From positions 44,184,788 through 44,248,787 of the forward strand of contig CM120640.1 of NCBI GenBank assembly GCA_051362555.1: a stretch of 64,000 nucleotides of DNA, written 5' to 3'. The position numbers were made by a program, and so were the translations under genes. Each line of letters starts with the position of its first letter. Position 1 is the first letter of the stretch. This stretch comes from Lingula anatina. Its lineage: Eukaryota; Animalia; Brachiopoda. Shown in pieces: positions 1 to 12,400 of the stretch. The notes under the pieces were generated by a model. That model did not search any database. It was given only the letters and a program-made list of their open reading frames with translations, and had not been told where the DNA came from.

Positions 1-1417
1 TTCATAACTTTGATCCTACTGTTCAGTATTCAGAACAAGAAGCAAGAGGGGCTTGTGGATTTTGGGACAATTGAATCCCCATCATTTTAATGTTGAGTAA
101 GATAATTGCGAGTTTTATGGGGTAAAAATTTTGTCTATAAGATGTTTTGCAGTTAAGTGTTTGCAGGGAGTTGAATTTTAATGAAAAATTACTCTTAACT
201 GGTGTAAGAACAACAGCACTATGGAGTTCCTATTCAGAATAAAATTTAAGTTTTCTTTATTTTCAAACAGTTACTTGTCTTAATATGTATCACATTTCAT
301 ACAATACTCCAAAAATCTTTTTGTGTATTTATTTATCATGTCAAAAGTTCTGTACAATGTAATATTTTGCTTGTAGGATATTTTGCTTAGCAATGTCTTG
401 TTTGATATAAGATTGCTGAATTTATAACTCTTCCAGAATTTGGAAGAAAATGAAGCAATTTTTAAAGTACATGTACATTCCCAAGTAATGATTTTCTTAC
501 ATACAACTTTCACTTTAAGTGTTCAATTTATTCTTTGGCTTTTGGTATATACCTATAAAATTTTGTCTGAACATTGCAGTTCCTTGTTAAAGCATCCTGT
601 AAGCATACGTACAAAGTAATAATATTTCATAATATTGGCTTGGTAACAGAAGGTAATTGAAGGTAGTGTTAAAAGGTTGCTCTACACTTGAATCCATAAT
701 CCCAAGTTCTCGGGATACTGCTAATCCCTTCTTGTGCACTGCTAAAATTCAATTAATGATCTGATGTGAATCCAATTATCTGATTGATGCACAACTACTG
801 TGATTTCCTTCCAATGAAGATGTAACCTAATTAAACGTGGTGGTTCCTGTCAAGTAGGATTGATATAGATTGGATAATCTATTCCAGTATGGTAGATTCT
901 GTAAGCTATCAGACTTTACTTAATGCAGTCATATATTGTAATTGTATCTGAAATGACTGAATTTCATTAATACTTTTTTTTTTCAAAGATGTTAAAATTG
1001 TGCTATTTTCTTGTAGTAAGGCGACCTATTTTACATTTGATGGTTTTCAAATAGTTTGGTAGACAGTAAGGAATCAAAATTGAATTGAAGTATCCTGGCC
1101 ACAACCTAATCTCAAAGGTGACAACCTCTGTGTCCTTACATTTGGGAATGCTTTCTTTTGTTTGTCTATTTATCACTTCACAGAGATAGCTCTTCTGCAG
1201 ACATTTTGTTACTTGTTTGGTGGTTGCTTTTTCTTATATAAAACATTTATCACTTCTCCTTTCTGGGCACAATTTTTGGCCACTTAATAAAATACGCTGT
1301 CTTGAGGCACAGTTACTTAGATCTGTAATGCATTAATGATAAAATCATCAAAGTGTCTTATATTTCTTAAAAAGGCAACTGAATGCTCTTTTTGAAGGGG
1401 GCAGCAAATGGTAGACT

Positions 1418-1453
<36 letters not shown>

Positions 1454-2990
1454 TGATGTTCATTGCTAAAAAGAGATCCATGTGTACATTGTGCAAACAT
1501 ATGTATTAAAATGCCAGTAAGACCCATTCTGTTATTGTAGAGGCTCACTTTATTATATTTTGCCACCTTGTCGACTACATGAGGTTCTTTTCTACAGTGG
1601 GAAATAGTTTTAAGTGAAAATCTCTGAGGATGGTGTAACAGCTGGGCTCAAAGAATTCACTTTCACATTAGAGGGAGTGTAAGCTTTTGCTGCCACATGA
1701 AATGAATCTCTTCATACTCAGTATGGTGCAGAAATATTGCTAGAGATGAAGGCATACCAACTATATAGTACAAGTTGACTCAGCTTGATTGTCAAGTTCA
1801 ATATTTCCGTGCAAATATGAAAAGGAAAGTCATGTAATATAAACGTCACTTTCAAGTGTACGGTGATGTTAATTCTTTCCAATTGGGTCACTTTTCTTAT
1901 CTGTGCAATTTAGTTTTGTACAAGTATGTCTTGCCTTAAAAATCATTAGTTAATTGATCCAAGCTTGCTCTGGATATGTTTGCCCCACTGGACGTCTGTT
2001 TAGCATTATACAATATATACTCCCAAATTATCTATACTGAAACAATTTACTGCATTATTAAGCTATATTGATTTGTCATTGGTGTGAGGACTATTGGAAG
2101 CTTTCTATACACCTGAAACTGGATCTTTGGAAAAATAAACATCTGTAGTATTTTATTATGCCAGTAGCAGGTGTTCAAGGTTATGTTCTCATATTTATGT
2201 TAGGGGGAAATGTCTGTTACTTGTGCTAAAGGGTGGTGGCCTAGTCAGTGAGAAATTAGACTCTCATTGGAGTTTTTCTTTTGTTTTCCTTCATTAAATT
2301 ATTGTATATAATTCAAATACCTTTTAATTATAGCACCCATGTTCTTGTTATAAACAGAAACCAGATACAATTATTATTTTTTTCAACAGTTAATCAATTT
2401 GATCTGAAGAAGTTGTAATTTGAGCTCACATAGCATAGATTTTTATAAATATAAATTCTTTTTGGAAATGGTCAACATGTGAAATAGATAAATGTTTTGC
2501 ATGCATTGCAACGATTATTGAAAAGAAGGAAGTAGTTGAACTGTTGTATTGTACAGCATGTAGATAAATTGGATAGCTATGTATTCGATAATACAGGAAC
2601 CATAGTCATTAAATGAGAAACATGCAGCAGTGTTGATGTCTACATACACACATGTATTATGTAATATATATATATACACACACATACATATATTATAAGA
2701 TATAAACTCTATAATAAGTCTGAGTATTTATACTTTGAAATATTGTTTCAAACCACTTGTCATAAAATAAATGCACCTTATTGAACTTGAAGGGAGTTAT
2801 TTATTTATAAATGTGAATATGGTTCATTTCAGTTTTTAAAAAATGCAGTTTCAAGAGCCAATGTTAATACAAACTGATGGAAAGTTAAAGTGGATGAGCT
2901 AAAAGAAACATTTAATTATTAAATATTAATTTTAGTAATGTAACAAAAACAGTATTACTTACAACGTGAAAAAATCTTGTTGCCAACCTG

Positions 2991-3084
2991 AATACCATTA
3001 TGCTGATTTAGAATAAATACTGAAGTTTTCAAATGTAATATATATATATATATATATATAATTCTAAATCAGCATAATGGTATT
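2991..3084. repeat. Perfect 24-bp inverted repeat flanking a (TA)n tract
   Basis: AATACCATTATGCTGATTTAGAAT (2991-3014) and its exact reverse complement (3061-3084). Confidence 0.9.
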
Positions 3085-3170
3085 AATACCTTCCAAAGTC
3101 CACGATACTGGGTAACAACATTGGAACATGGCATCAAAATTTCAACATGGCGCTGATCTTGTGAGCATGT

Positions 3171-3515
3171 TTTCTGCTTAGAATATGCATCGTGAATTGC
3201 TTTATATCATAAATTTTGGAAAATATAATATTAAACACATACAACAATTATTAGGAAAGAGTACACTTAACTTCACAGAGTTGGGAATCCTGAATCAGCG
3301 GGTAAATAGCAATGACATGAAATCATCTCATGTGTGCACGCTTTCCGCTTAGAATATATCTATTTTATTTTTTTCATACCGTATTCATATAAAGTTTGGA
3401 AAATGTAACATTAAATACATGTAAAAATTTTTGGGGAAGAGCACACTTAACTTCACAGAGTTGGGAAAGCACGATGCGATCCTGAATTGGCAGATAAACA
3501 GTGATGATATGAAGT
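3171..3515. repeat. Diverged tandem duplication (~175-bp unit)
   Basis: GCTTAGAATAT...TTTGGAAAAT...ACACTTAACTTCACAGAGTTGGGAA...TCCTGAAT occurs twice. Confidence 0.75.
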
Positions 3516-3709
3516 CTTTTTTCATGAGTTACAAATTAAAAAACTTAAATATGCAGCAATGTTTGGAAACACGAAATTGTTTGTGATAATAAGACAAATC
3601 CATACCCTTTCACATGAAAGCACCCCCATTGTAATCCAACACATAGGAATATTTTGAAAAAGACTTTCAAAGATGATAACCCATTGTTGTTACCTAGTAT
3701 CGTGGACGT

Positions 3710-3745
<36 letters not shown>

Positions 3746-4089
3746 ATGTATAAAAGATATGATAGTTGTGTCAATGTTGACAAGATATTTGTTCATTTTT
3801 TCTTTTTCTCGTTTAACAGGGGCAAGATTTCAGCAGTGCACGTTTTAGTTTCTTAATCTAACTGTTATTACATGCAAATCATACTGTTAAACCTTTCTGT
3901 TTTTGGTAGAGTTAGGCCACACTTTTTTATTTTTATGGATGACATCCTCTGGGTACTCCAAAATCGGTGCGAGAGGGCGAAAAAAAAAAAAACAGTCCAA
4001 AAAAAAAAAACTGCTTAAGTAAAGGAATGCTGTCAGTAAACAGCTGGAAACACACATTTAACCACAGAAACACTATCAAACTAACAATA

Positions 4090-4628
4090 TGTCTTTATCC
4101 ATGCTCTCAAAATATTAAAGCATTGTGAATACTTCGTAGAAATGTAAAAAAAAGTCATGAATTGATATACTTCATATTACCAAATCTATTTAAGGTTATT
4201 TCATGCATTCATTTGGTATAGCAATCAATAAAACAAATATCAATCAAACAGTGTGTCTTTATTTGTATTCTCAGAATATTAAAGCATTTTGAACACTTCA
4301 CAGAAATGTTTAAAAAATGATGCAAAGATATGCTTAATACTACCAAATCTATTAAAGGTCATTTCGGACGATGCCATTTTGTCAACTTCAACTCACACGA
4401 AGCAGCTAAACTGTCAGGTGGCCTGTCCGACCTTCAGCCCACCAAATACCTCGACGCCCTTGTCGACCCTTTTTTCGCTACAGAAAACCTGGTATTAATG
4501 TGCTGCTTTGTACAGAATGTCACAGAAATGTTTCGGCCGCCGCCAGCCTTTCGCACAATTGTAAAAAGGTGATATCTCCATGCCCAAAATTAATGGCATA
4601 CCAATCCAAAACGATGGCGCCCGTTCTC
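4090..4628. repeat. Probable transposon remnant with an internal ~165-bp tandem duplication
   Basis: CTCTCAAAATATTAAAGCATT...TACCAAATCTATT.AAGGT.ATTTC is duplicated (~4103, ~4268). The CpG-rich end CGCCCGTTCTC is mirrored by GAGAACGGGCG at 4993. Confidence 0.45.
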
Positions 4629-4640
4629 TTTATGACTTTT

Positions 4641-4808
4641 CAGGGGCGGATTTAGGCCGTCTTCTGGGTCTTCTGGAAGACGGCCAGATTTTCAACTTTA
4701 CATTGTCAGCCATTTAATGTTTTCTGTCGGAAGACGGTCAAAAATGGAAGATGGATCAACAAAGATAATTTGGAAGACTGTCAGAAAATTTCTCTGGATC
4801 CGCCCCTG
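4641..4808. mobile_element. MITE family A copy 1 (TIR CAGGGGCGGAT, 5-bp TSD)
   Basis: CAGGGGCGGAT...ATCCGCCCCTG, flanked by CTTTT on both sides. Confidence 0.88.
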
Positions 4809-5128
4809 CTTTTATTGTTGTGTAATTTGAAAGTAATCCTAGAGATGAATTTGACAGCAAAGTGGCCACATTTCCACATGGCGAAAATACGCATGCGCAG
4901 AAAGCTCATTTCCTTGCAAATTCAATAACGACGTTTGGGACAACTGACTTCGTTGGGGGCTGGGGGGGGGGCTTTTTTTTTTTTTTTTTTTTGAGAACGG
5001 GCGAAAATCCGTGCGCGCGCAGGATGTCATCCATAAAATTAAAAAAGTGTGGCCTTATACATTTATATATGATATGACAGTATTTTCAGAGTCGCATTCA
5101 GAATTGCATGCAATTTTTTCTGCAACAG

Positions 5129-5857
5129 TCAATATCTTCCCTTGCGATTTCTGTTTGACTCCTTTCTGTCTTTGTTACCCCTTTCTCTAGATGGACTCCT
5201 CTCCGTGGACCTGGATCTTGCTCTTTCGTGAAAACGCCTGTCCCTGTCTCCTTTTGGATTACTGTTCTGATATCTGTGCCCTCTATATTCATATCTGTCC
5301 TTTGTATCCCTCCTCCTGTTAACATGTTCATTGTCATACGGTCTTACTTGATTTAATAATATAGGCTTCCGGAAAGGTCTATCTTTTCCACCAAATCTTA
5401 GTTGCCCAGATTCCTTATTTCCACCCAAACCACCTCCTAGCCTGCGTGGGATCCATCCTGGCATTGTTCGACTATGTTCAAAATCTACAAATATCTCCTT
5501 CCCATCCACAACTTGTTTATCAGCCTCCCTCTGAGCTCTATATGCAGATTTATTGTCTGTGTACTCCAAAAAGGCATAGCATTTAGAGTATCCAGTCACA
5601 ATATCCCTGATTAGTTTGACTTTTTTGATTGACCCATATTTTGAAAAGACCTCTCTTAATGTTTCTTCACTAGTTCTATGATTAAGCCTGGCAACAAATA
5701 TGATGCATGTTGGATCTCCATCTACACCTTTGTTTGGTCTATATTTTGTGTTCATAGCTCTGAATACACCTCTGTCGTGGGGTACTTCATCCGTGCCATC
5801 TATGCTGCCTGCTCTTAGCGGGTCATAGCTATCTGCAACTGCCGACCAACCTTGCAT
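5129..5857 (-). CDS. SNRNP35: U11/U12 small nuclear ribonucleoprotein 35 kDa protein (single coding exon, 242 aa)
   Basis: The ORF from ATG 5857 reads [23 protein letters not shown], then an RRM (IFVARLN...[11 protein letters not shown]), [32 protein letters not shown] and an RS/RD-rich tail. The upstream in-frame extension in the ORF track is intronic: acceptor tttcacttAG at 5871, candidate donor GTGAGT at 6209, giving a 5'UTR intron 5871-6209. Confidence 0.95.
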   Translation of the reverse strand: MQGWSAVADSYDPLRAGSIDGTDEVPHDRGVFRAMNTKYRPNKGVDGDPTCIIFVARLNHRTSEETLREVFSKYGSIKKVKLIRDIVTGYSKCYAFLEYTDNKSAYRAQREADKQVVDGKEIFVDFEHSRTMPGWIPRRLGGGLGGNKESGQLRFGGKDRPFRKPILLNQVRPYDNEHVNRRRDTKDRYEYRGHRYQNSNPKGDRDRRFHERARSRSTERSPSRERGNKDRKESNRNRKGRY

Positions 5858-6209
5858 TGTTGCCCTGTTCCTAAGTGAAAATGAGTTCAACAATGTTTTA
5901 CCTACAACAAGCAATCTTTAATGAGCAGCATGAGGTCTTCTCGATATTTAAACATAAATTGATCAGAAGTACTCAGAATTTTTTCATGTAGATCTACATG
6001 TATCATAAGCATTAGAATATTCATACAATGGTAATTTACCCATTTTTAAACCATGTTAGAGCTTACTGTTCATATTATATCAAAATGTTTTATCATATCA
6101 AAAAAATTAAGTATTAACGTTACAGTCATTATAATTTATTTAGTTAATTGTTAAAATTAAATTGGTAATGAAATTAGTTTCCGTTCTGAGAAAATGAACA
6201 CTAACTCAC

Positions 6210-6423
6210 CGTAATATTAAACACTACGCCTCCACACACACTTTACTCCCACACTTGCCGTTGAGGTAATTACTCCGTTAAGTCGTTATTATTGGTATAA
6301 TATTGACAAATAAGTTACTGATAATATGTAAGAGTCCTTCAATACGCAGTTTTCTGTAAAAGAAGACCGATTATAGTGCACTGTCCATATCGGAGCATAG
6401 TTAGTGCTACACTTGCATCCAAG
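6210..6423. promoter_or_regulatory. Short bidirectional promoter/5'UTR region shared by SNRNP35 and GALC
   Basis: The inferred SNRNP35 non-coding exon 1 (minus-strand donor at 6209) and the GALC ATG (6424) are only ~215 bp apart. CpG is locally retained compared with the gene bodies. Confidence 0.6.
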
Positions 6424-9400
6424 ATGGGCGGGAAGTGCATCACGAGACAGCTCTTTATTTTGTTTATTCTTGTTTGTTTTTTGCAAACACTCGAATTTTG
6501 TGTCGGCCAGGTGTATGATATCGACGACTCGACTGGCGTTGGAAGGCAATTTGATGGGATTGGAGGTATCAGTGGTGGCGGTGTAAGTTGCAAACCGGCA
6601 TTTTAAAAACGCCCCTTGTCCTCGGTCCACCCCTGTCCCGCTTCATCAATATGATAGAAATCGTTATATTTGCCTGTTCGTTATGTGTGGTTAATGCAGT
6701 AGCTCACGGTATGGCATCTGAAACTAGGTTTTGACTATTGACTTCTGATACTAAGAGATTACTTGGGGTATACTATTTTTCATTTTAAACACATTGAAAT
6801 ACAGCTATTTATTTTTTTCCACCATATTTTATGGCTTTGAATGCCCTTTTAAAGACTTTGATTACAATTAAATGTATTGCTGTTAAATTTTGTCAAATAA
6901 TGATACTTAATAGGGACTTAAGTTTTATGGCCCAATGGATTAAGACATGTGGCCGCAAGTATCATGGCACAGATCTTTATGGCCTTTTTATTGCCAAGTT
7001 CAAAATTGTGTCTAGATCATTGTATGAGCACTGATAAAGGTATCATATCAGTGGTATAGTTGTTTGGAACCTTTGCTCATGTGATTAGTGTCCCATGTAT
7101 CAGCTCTAGTGATTATTGCTTGATAAAATGTGAAAAAGACTGCAATGCACCATATCACAATATTTTACATGTGTTTGTTTAACAAAACGTGAATTTGTGT
7201 ACAGTTTATTAATTCCCTATACACTAATTTAATTGTCATCTTTTTAAAACAACTTTTTAAAAAATAATTGAAGGCAACATCAAAGCTTTTGGTGAATTAT
7301 CCAATGAAACAGAGAGATGAAATACTTGACTATCTATTCAAGGTAAGTTACTGTAGTTGATAGGTCACTGAATTTCAATAATAGCACTATACAAGTATTA
7401 CTTGCGTACTTGTAAAAATACGGCATAGTTCAAGTTATGTGTATACTGTAATGTTTCATGCTCGGCTGGTTTTTGAGATCTTAAACTCAGAGAGTATCTT
7501 TAAAATTGTTTTGTTGTTATAAGATTATTATGTTTTATTTTAAATGAGTGCATGCTAGATCAGGCAATTTTTTTCAGCCAAATTTCGGTGCTTCACTGCA
7601 TATTTTCAAAGTTGAAATTGGTGGAGATTCTCAAAGCACAGGTGAGCAACAAATGTCTTGTTACCATTATACAATATTTTGATAAAAGATCACTTTTCTT
7701 TTTTTGCAGATAAATAAGACTATAACAAATTTCATCTTTAGTTGTAAAAAAATTAATACAATTTTTTAAAAAAGGTTCTATTTTATGTCATTTAAGAGGG
7801 TTGTGAAGCATCACACATGCATGAAGCGTGGGATGAAAACTACCATAGAGGCTATGAATGGTGGATGCTAACAGAGGCTAAAAAGGTGGGTGTCTCTCTT
7901 TTCAGCATGTGGAGTGGGGACCAGGTATGATCAGAGGGAGAATTCAGAGCTCAGCACTCCATGAAATGCTTCCAGAAAAAAAAATACATGAACATTGATG
8001 GAATTATAAAATGCTGCATGATTAAATGGATTTTATTTACCTAATAAGATGGTATATCAGAAATTCAGTTTGGTATATGTATCATTTTAAGATTTTGCAA
8101 AAATGCATAAGTTTGAGCACAAGCATTCATAAATGAGACATAATTTACATATATTTCAGAGAAACCCTAATATCAAGATATATGCTTTGCCATGGGCTTT
8201 CCCTGGTTGGGTTGGGAATGGAACCAGAAACCCATATACCTATCCCAACTTAACTGCTACATATGTACTGAAGTGGGTACAGGGGGCTAAAAAGTATTAC
8301 AATGTTGATGTTGATTACATTGGGGTAAGTGTTATCAGCTATTGCATAAAGAATAGATGCAGCATCTTTTGTTAAATTCACATACCACACATGTTCTCTT
8401 GGTATACTGATTTAATTAATTTTTTATTTCATTTCATAAATCTTTTGGTTTCTTTTCATTTTAACTTCAGTACCCATAATTTTTTTCAATTGATTCAGAT
8501 ATGGAATGAAAGACCATACAGCACTACTTATGTTAAGGTGAGTTTTTAAATTATATTCAAGATGAATGGCATTTAATTTAAGACCAAGTGTGAATGTACA
8601 TAGGCACTTTATGTGACATGTAAGGGTGGTGAGTACTTAAAATTTATTGTTGGAAAAGTTTGGTTGACTGAACATTTTGAAAAAAATGCATCAAATGTAC
8701 ATCAGGTTGTTCTGATCCCATAAATGAAATATTTTTATAGAATTGCATATACATTCTTTGTAAATTTGAAAATTACTGTATTTTCAGATTTTAAGGAAAA
8801 CCTTGGACATGAATGGTTTTACCCATATTAAAATAGTTGCAGCAGACAGCTTATGGAGTGTGGCAAACGATATCTTAAAGGATCCAGCATTTGCTGCAGT
8901 AGTAGATTACATAGGGTTAGTAATATATATGTAATTAAACATGCATTATTTGGGGCATAGTTGAGATATGTTAATTTGTCCAATGTCTTTTCAAGCATTT
9001 AATGTTTTTTTTTTTTTTTTTTTTTTTGACAGGAATATTCTCACAGACAAAAAGAAAAAAAATTGCATATTTGGCATATTTATTATTTTTACTGCAGAAT
9101 ATGTCATTTGATATAAACAAAAAAATGAAGCAATGACAGTAGTGGTTGTTATTCAGGTGACCTATGGTTCATTTTGGGTGGGGAGTCTACCTTATAAATG
9201 GTAGGGTACTACATTATATTTAGCTGCAATTTTTATTTGGGAAATAAATATGCAAGTTATTTATATTAAATTTTCTCTCTTTCTATGTTCTAGTGTACAT
9301 TACCCAGGTACAGTCACCACTGACAAAGCACTGGAGACAAAGAAACCATTGTGGTCTTCTGAAGATTATAGCACATTTAATGACAATGTTGGTGCAGGGT

Positions 9401-12400
9401 GTTGGGCAAGGGTAAGTAGAAAAAATTTTATCGATGATTATTTTTTGTATGGTTAAAAAACAAAATTTACTCTTATCAATCAGGCATTTGGTGACAAATT
9501 TCTAATTTAATGCTCAACAAAGTTTAAGCATGCAAATTTGAATTTGCCAGTGTCTATGATGCAGCTACACATTTACAACAATTTTTGTATGCTTTTTGCA
9601 AACATTTTCATCAATTTTGTTTATGGACTGAAATGTGTGATTGAGAAGACTGGGATCCCTTTAAAGATGGTTTCACATGATTTTAAAATATAAAATAATT
9701 TTAAAATAATTCCATTTCATATTAAAATATGAAATAGAATTATTTCAAAGGATTGATTTACTGTAGCTTTACTCAAATAAGAAAAAAGTAAAAGAAGAGA
9801 TGTTTAGTTCACAAAATTTTCTCTTATCTTTAGTCAAGGTATTGTCTTAGTTTTTCTTTATTCCAAACAGTGGATAATATGCCTATTGTAAAATCAAATA
9901 CTTTCTCATTTTTCAGATTCTGAATCAAAATTATGTTAATGGTTTTATGACAAGGTGAGTGTAGAGACTTAAGGCAAAAAATTTTCTGTAGTCCAAGATG
10001 GTGCTTTTTATTTACTGGGAAAGTAATAGTAAAGGACTAACATAATTTAGTACCAGAAGCAATTATAAATTGTCTTATGTTGAATTTGGTAAGTTTATAG
10101 TAATGCCTTATTTTTCAAGTTATAAAAAGATAAGATTTAGCACTGTCACACTTCGACTGGATATTTTTTGATTTACCATATCTGATATTTCATGCTGTGA
10201 GTTCACATTGCCTGACACACATAATCTGAAGCCACTTGACATCACAGTATTTCATTTTAACAATCCAATCCGGTGTTACTTTTACTTACCTTCCCCTCAT
10301 ATTTGTGTCTCCATAAACTGCCCTGTTGTCACAGACAATTTTAGAAAAAATTTACCTGTCAGTAACCCAACAATAGAATATCTTTTTTACCAGCACAATA
10401 TCCTGGAATCTAGTGGCATCATATTACCCCCATCTGCCATTTGCTAATGATGGCTTGATGACAGCAGATGAGCCGTGGTCAGGCCACTATGAGGTGTCCA
10501 GCCCCATTTGGGTGACAGGTGATGGTTTTTAAAAATCATTCTTACTTTTAGGACGGCATTTGTTTTATATGTTAGATGATGTTTTTAAGTTTTCAACAAT
10601 ACATATTTTAATAAAGCTGGATTTATATAGATATTATTTTTTTTATTTGGTATTGGGACATGAAACAACAATAATCACGTCTTTGTCCTTGCCAGAAAAA
10701 TGTTCTGTAAGCTGTCAGTCAGTCTTTGTCCCTGCTAATCCTGGTATGATGCAAATCAATACATCTCATTGAGTTAATAAGATAGTTGTCATCATATCAG
10801 TCAGGTATGAAAAGAGCATAGGTATATGATTTTTTAAAGTGCTGAACAAAGAGTCATTTTCTCCTTTCATTTGTCAGCTCACACCACTCAGTTCACAGAG
10901 ATAGGCTGGACCTATCTGAAGCATGGAGCAGGAGTGGGGAAGCTGTATGGTGGAGGCAGTTTTGTCACCCTACAGAGTCCTGACAAGAAGGAGATGACTC
11001 TCATCATTGAGACCATGGTATGTAGAAACAGAGATGATAGATTTCACATGATAACTTTTTATGAAATGGTAAGGTTTAAGGTTTTAAATATTTCTCTTTT
11101 TTTTCCTATAAAATATGTATAATGTTAAAGAATGTAGGTTGAATGTTTAGTCAGGAGAATATGTAGGACTTCAACCAGTTATGTGGGGACTTGGATCAAA
11201 ATTTGTACACAGGATATTAAAGGTTTTTTATTAGCATGGGGACTTAAGGCAACAGTTAAGTTAAATCAGTAATGATAAATCATAATAAATGAACCTAGAG
11301 GGGAAAAAAGAGCATGTTCACTATAATAGCAAACTTATGTACGTGTTGCAGTGATATTGCTAAGCTGTTTAATATATTGTTATATTTTTTGGTAGTGAAA
11401 TATTACTTGCATATAGTACTGTATTGATTTAGACCATAAGTTGCAATAATATTAAAACTAACAAATGAATCTGTGTTATGCACAACTGCCGTACCAATGG
11501 AGATTTTTGTTTATTTAGACGGCTCTTAAATATTATTATTTGATACTTCGTCTTTTCTAGTCTCATGACCATTCTGAATGTATTAGACCAGCATTGCCAC
11601 CATATACAGTCAAACCTCAGAATGCTACATTCAAACTACAGGGGAGCTTTGTAAGTAACTTTTTCAACCCAAAGATGTTTTCATGGGAAAATCTTTCTCT
11701 AATTTCTCACATTTGTATATCTTTCTATACAGTATGTTGTAAGTTCGATACTGCTTACATTCAAAAGTTATGATTTTTGAAATAGTGTCAGATGATGAGA
11801 AGTTGAGAACCAAAGTAATATTATAATTTACATTACCAATGTCATTATCATATCTTTTTTTATCTTGACAAAGAAGAATTTGATACTAATGTATGAATTC
11901 TTCCCTCTTTCAGAAAACTGTTACTGTTTTAAACTTATGGGTGACAAAATTAGGATTTAATGGTCAACCGTCAACACTCTTTAAGCAAGTTGGATCTGTT
12001 AATGTAAATATATAACATGTTTTCATTGACTGAAGATGAGTGTCGTAATACAATATTATAAGTGTATCATCAGCAAACCATGAATGATTTTACTGTAAAT
12101 GCTTTTTTCAGCCTTTATTAATTAATCAAACCACAGTTTGTAGACCTTTTTATTTTCTCAAGATTTTAGATTATTTGCACCATGCCTTTATATTTCAAAT
12201 TGTTAAAAACATTTTGATGAACAAATACATTATAGGTTTTTTAAGCCCTTTTGAGTTTTTTTTTTAAGAAATAAGCCTTGTTGGTATTTTTTTTTCATAG
12301 GTGCAAAATGGATCGTTCACATTGTTTTTAGAAGTGGACAGCTTGTATACAGTGACTACCTCAAGTGCTGGTCAGAAAGGAGTGTATCCTGCTCCACCTG

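Noticed and set aside
1-2990. Possible gene in the first 3 kb
   Set aside because: No convincing exon or ORF. It looks like the AT-rich 3'UTR or flank of a gene outside the window, but this cannot be supported from sequence alone.
5858-5914. N-terminal extension of SNRNP35 in the ORF track ([19 protein letters not shown])
   Set aside because: It has a non-ATG start and crosses a splice acceptor at 5871; family similarity starts at MQGWS.
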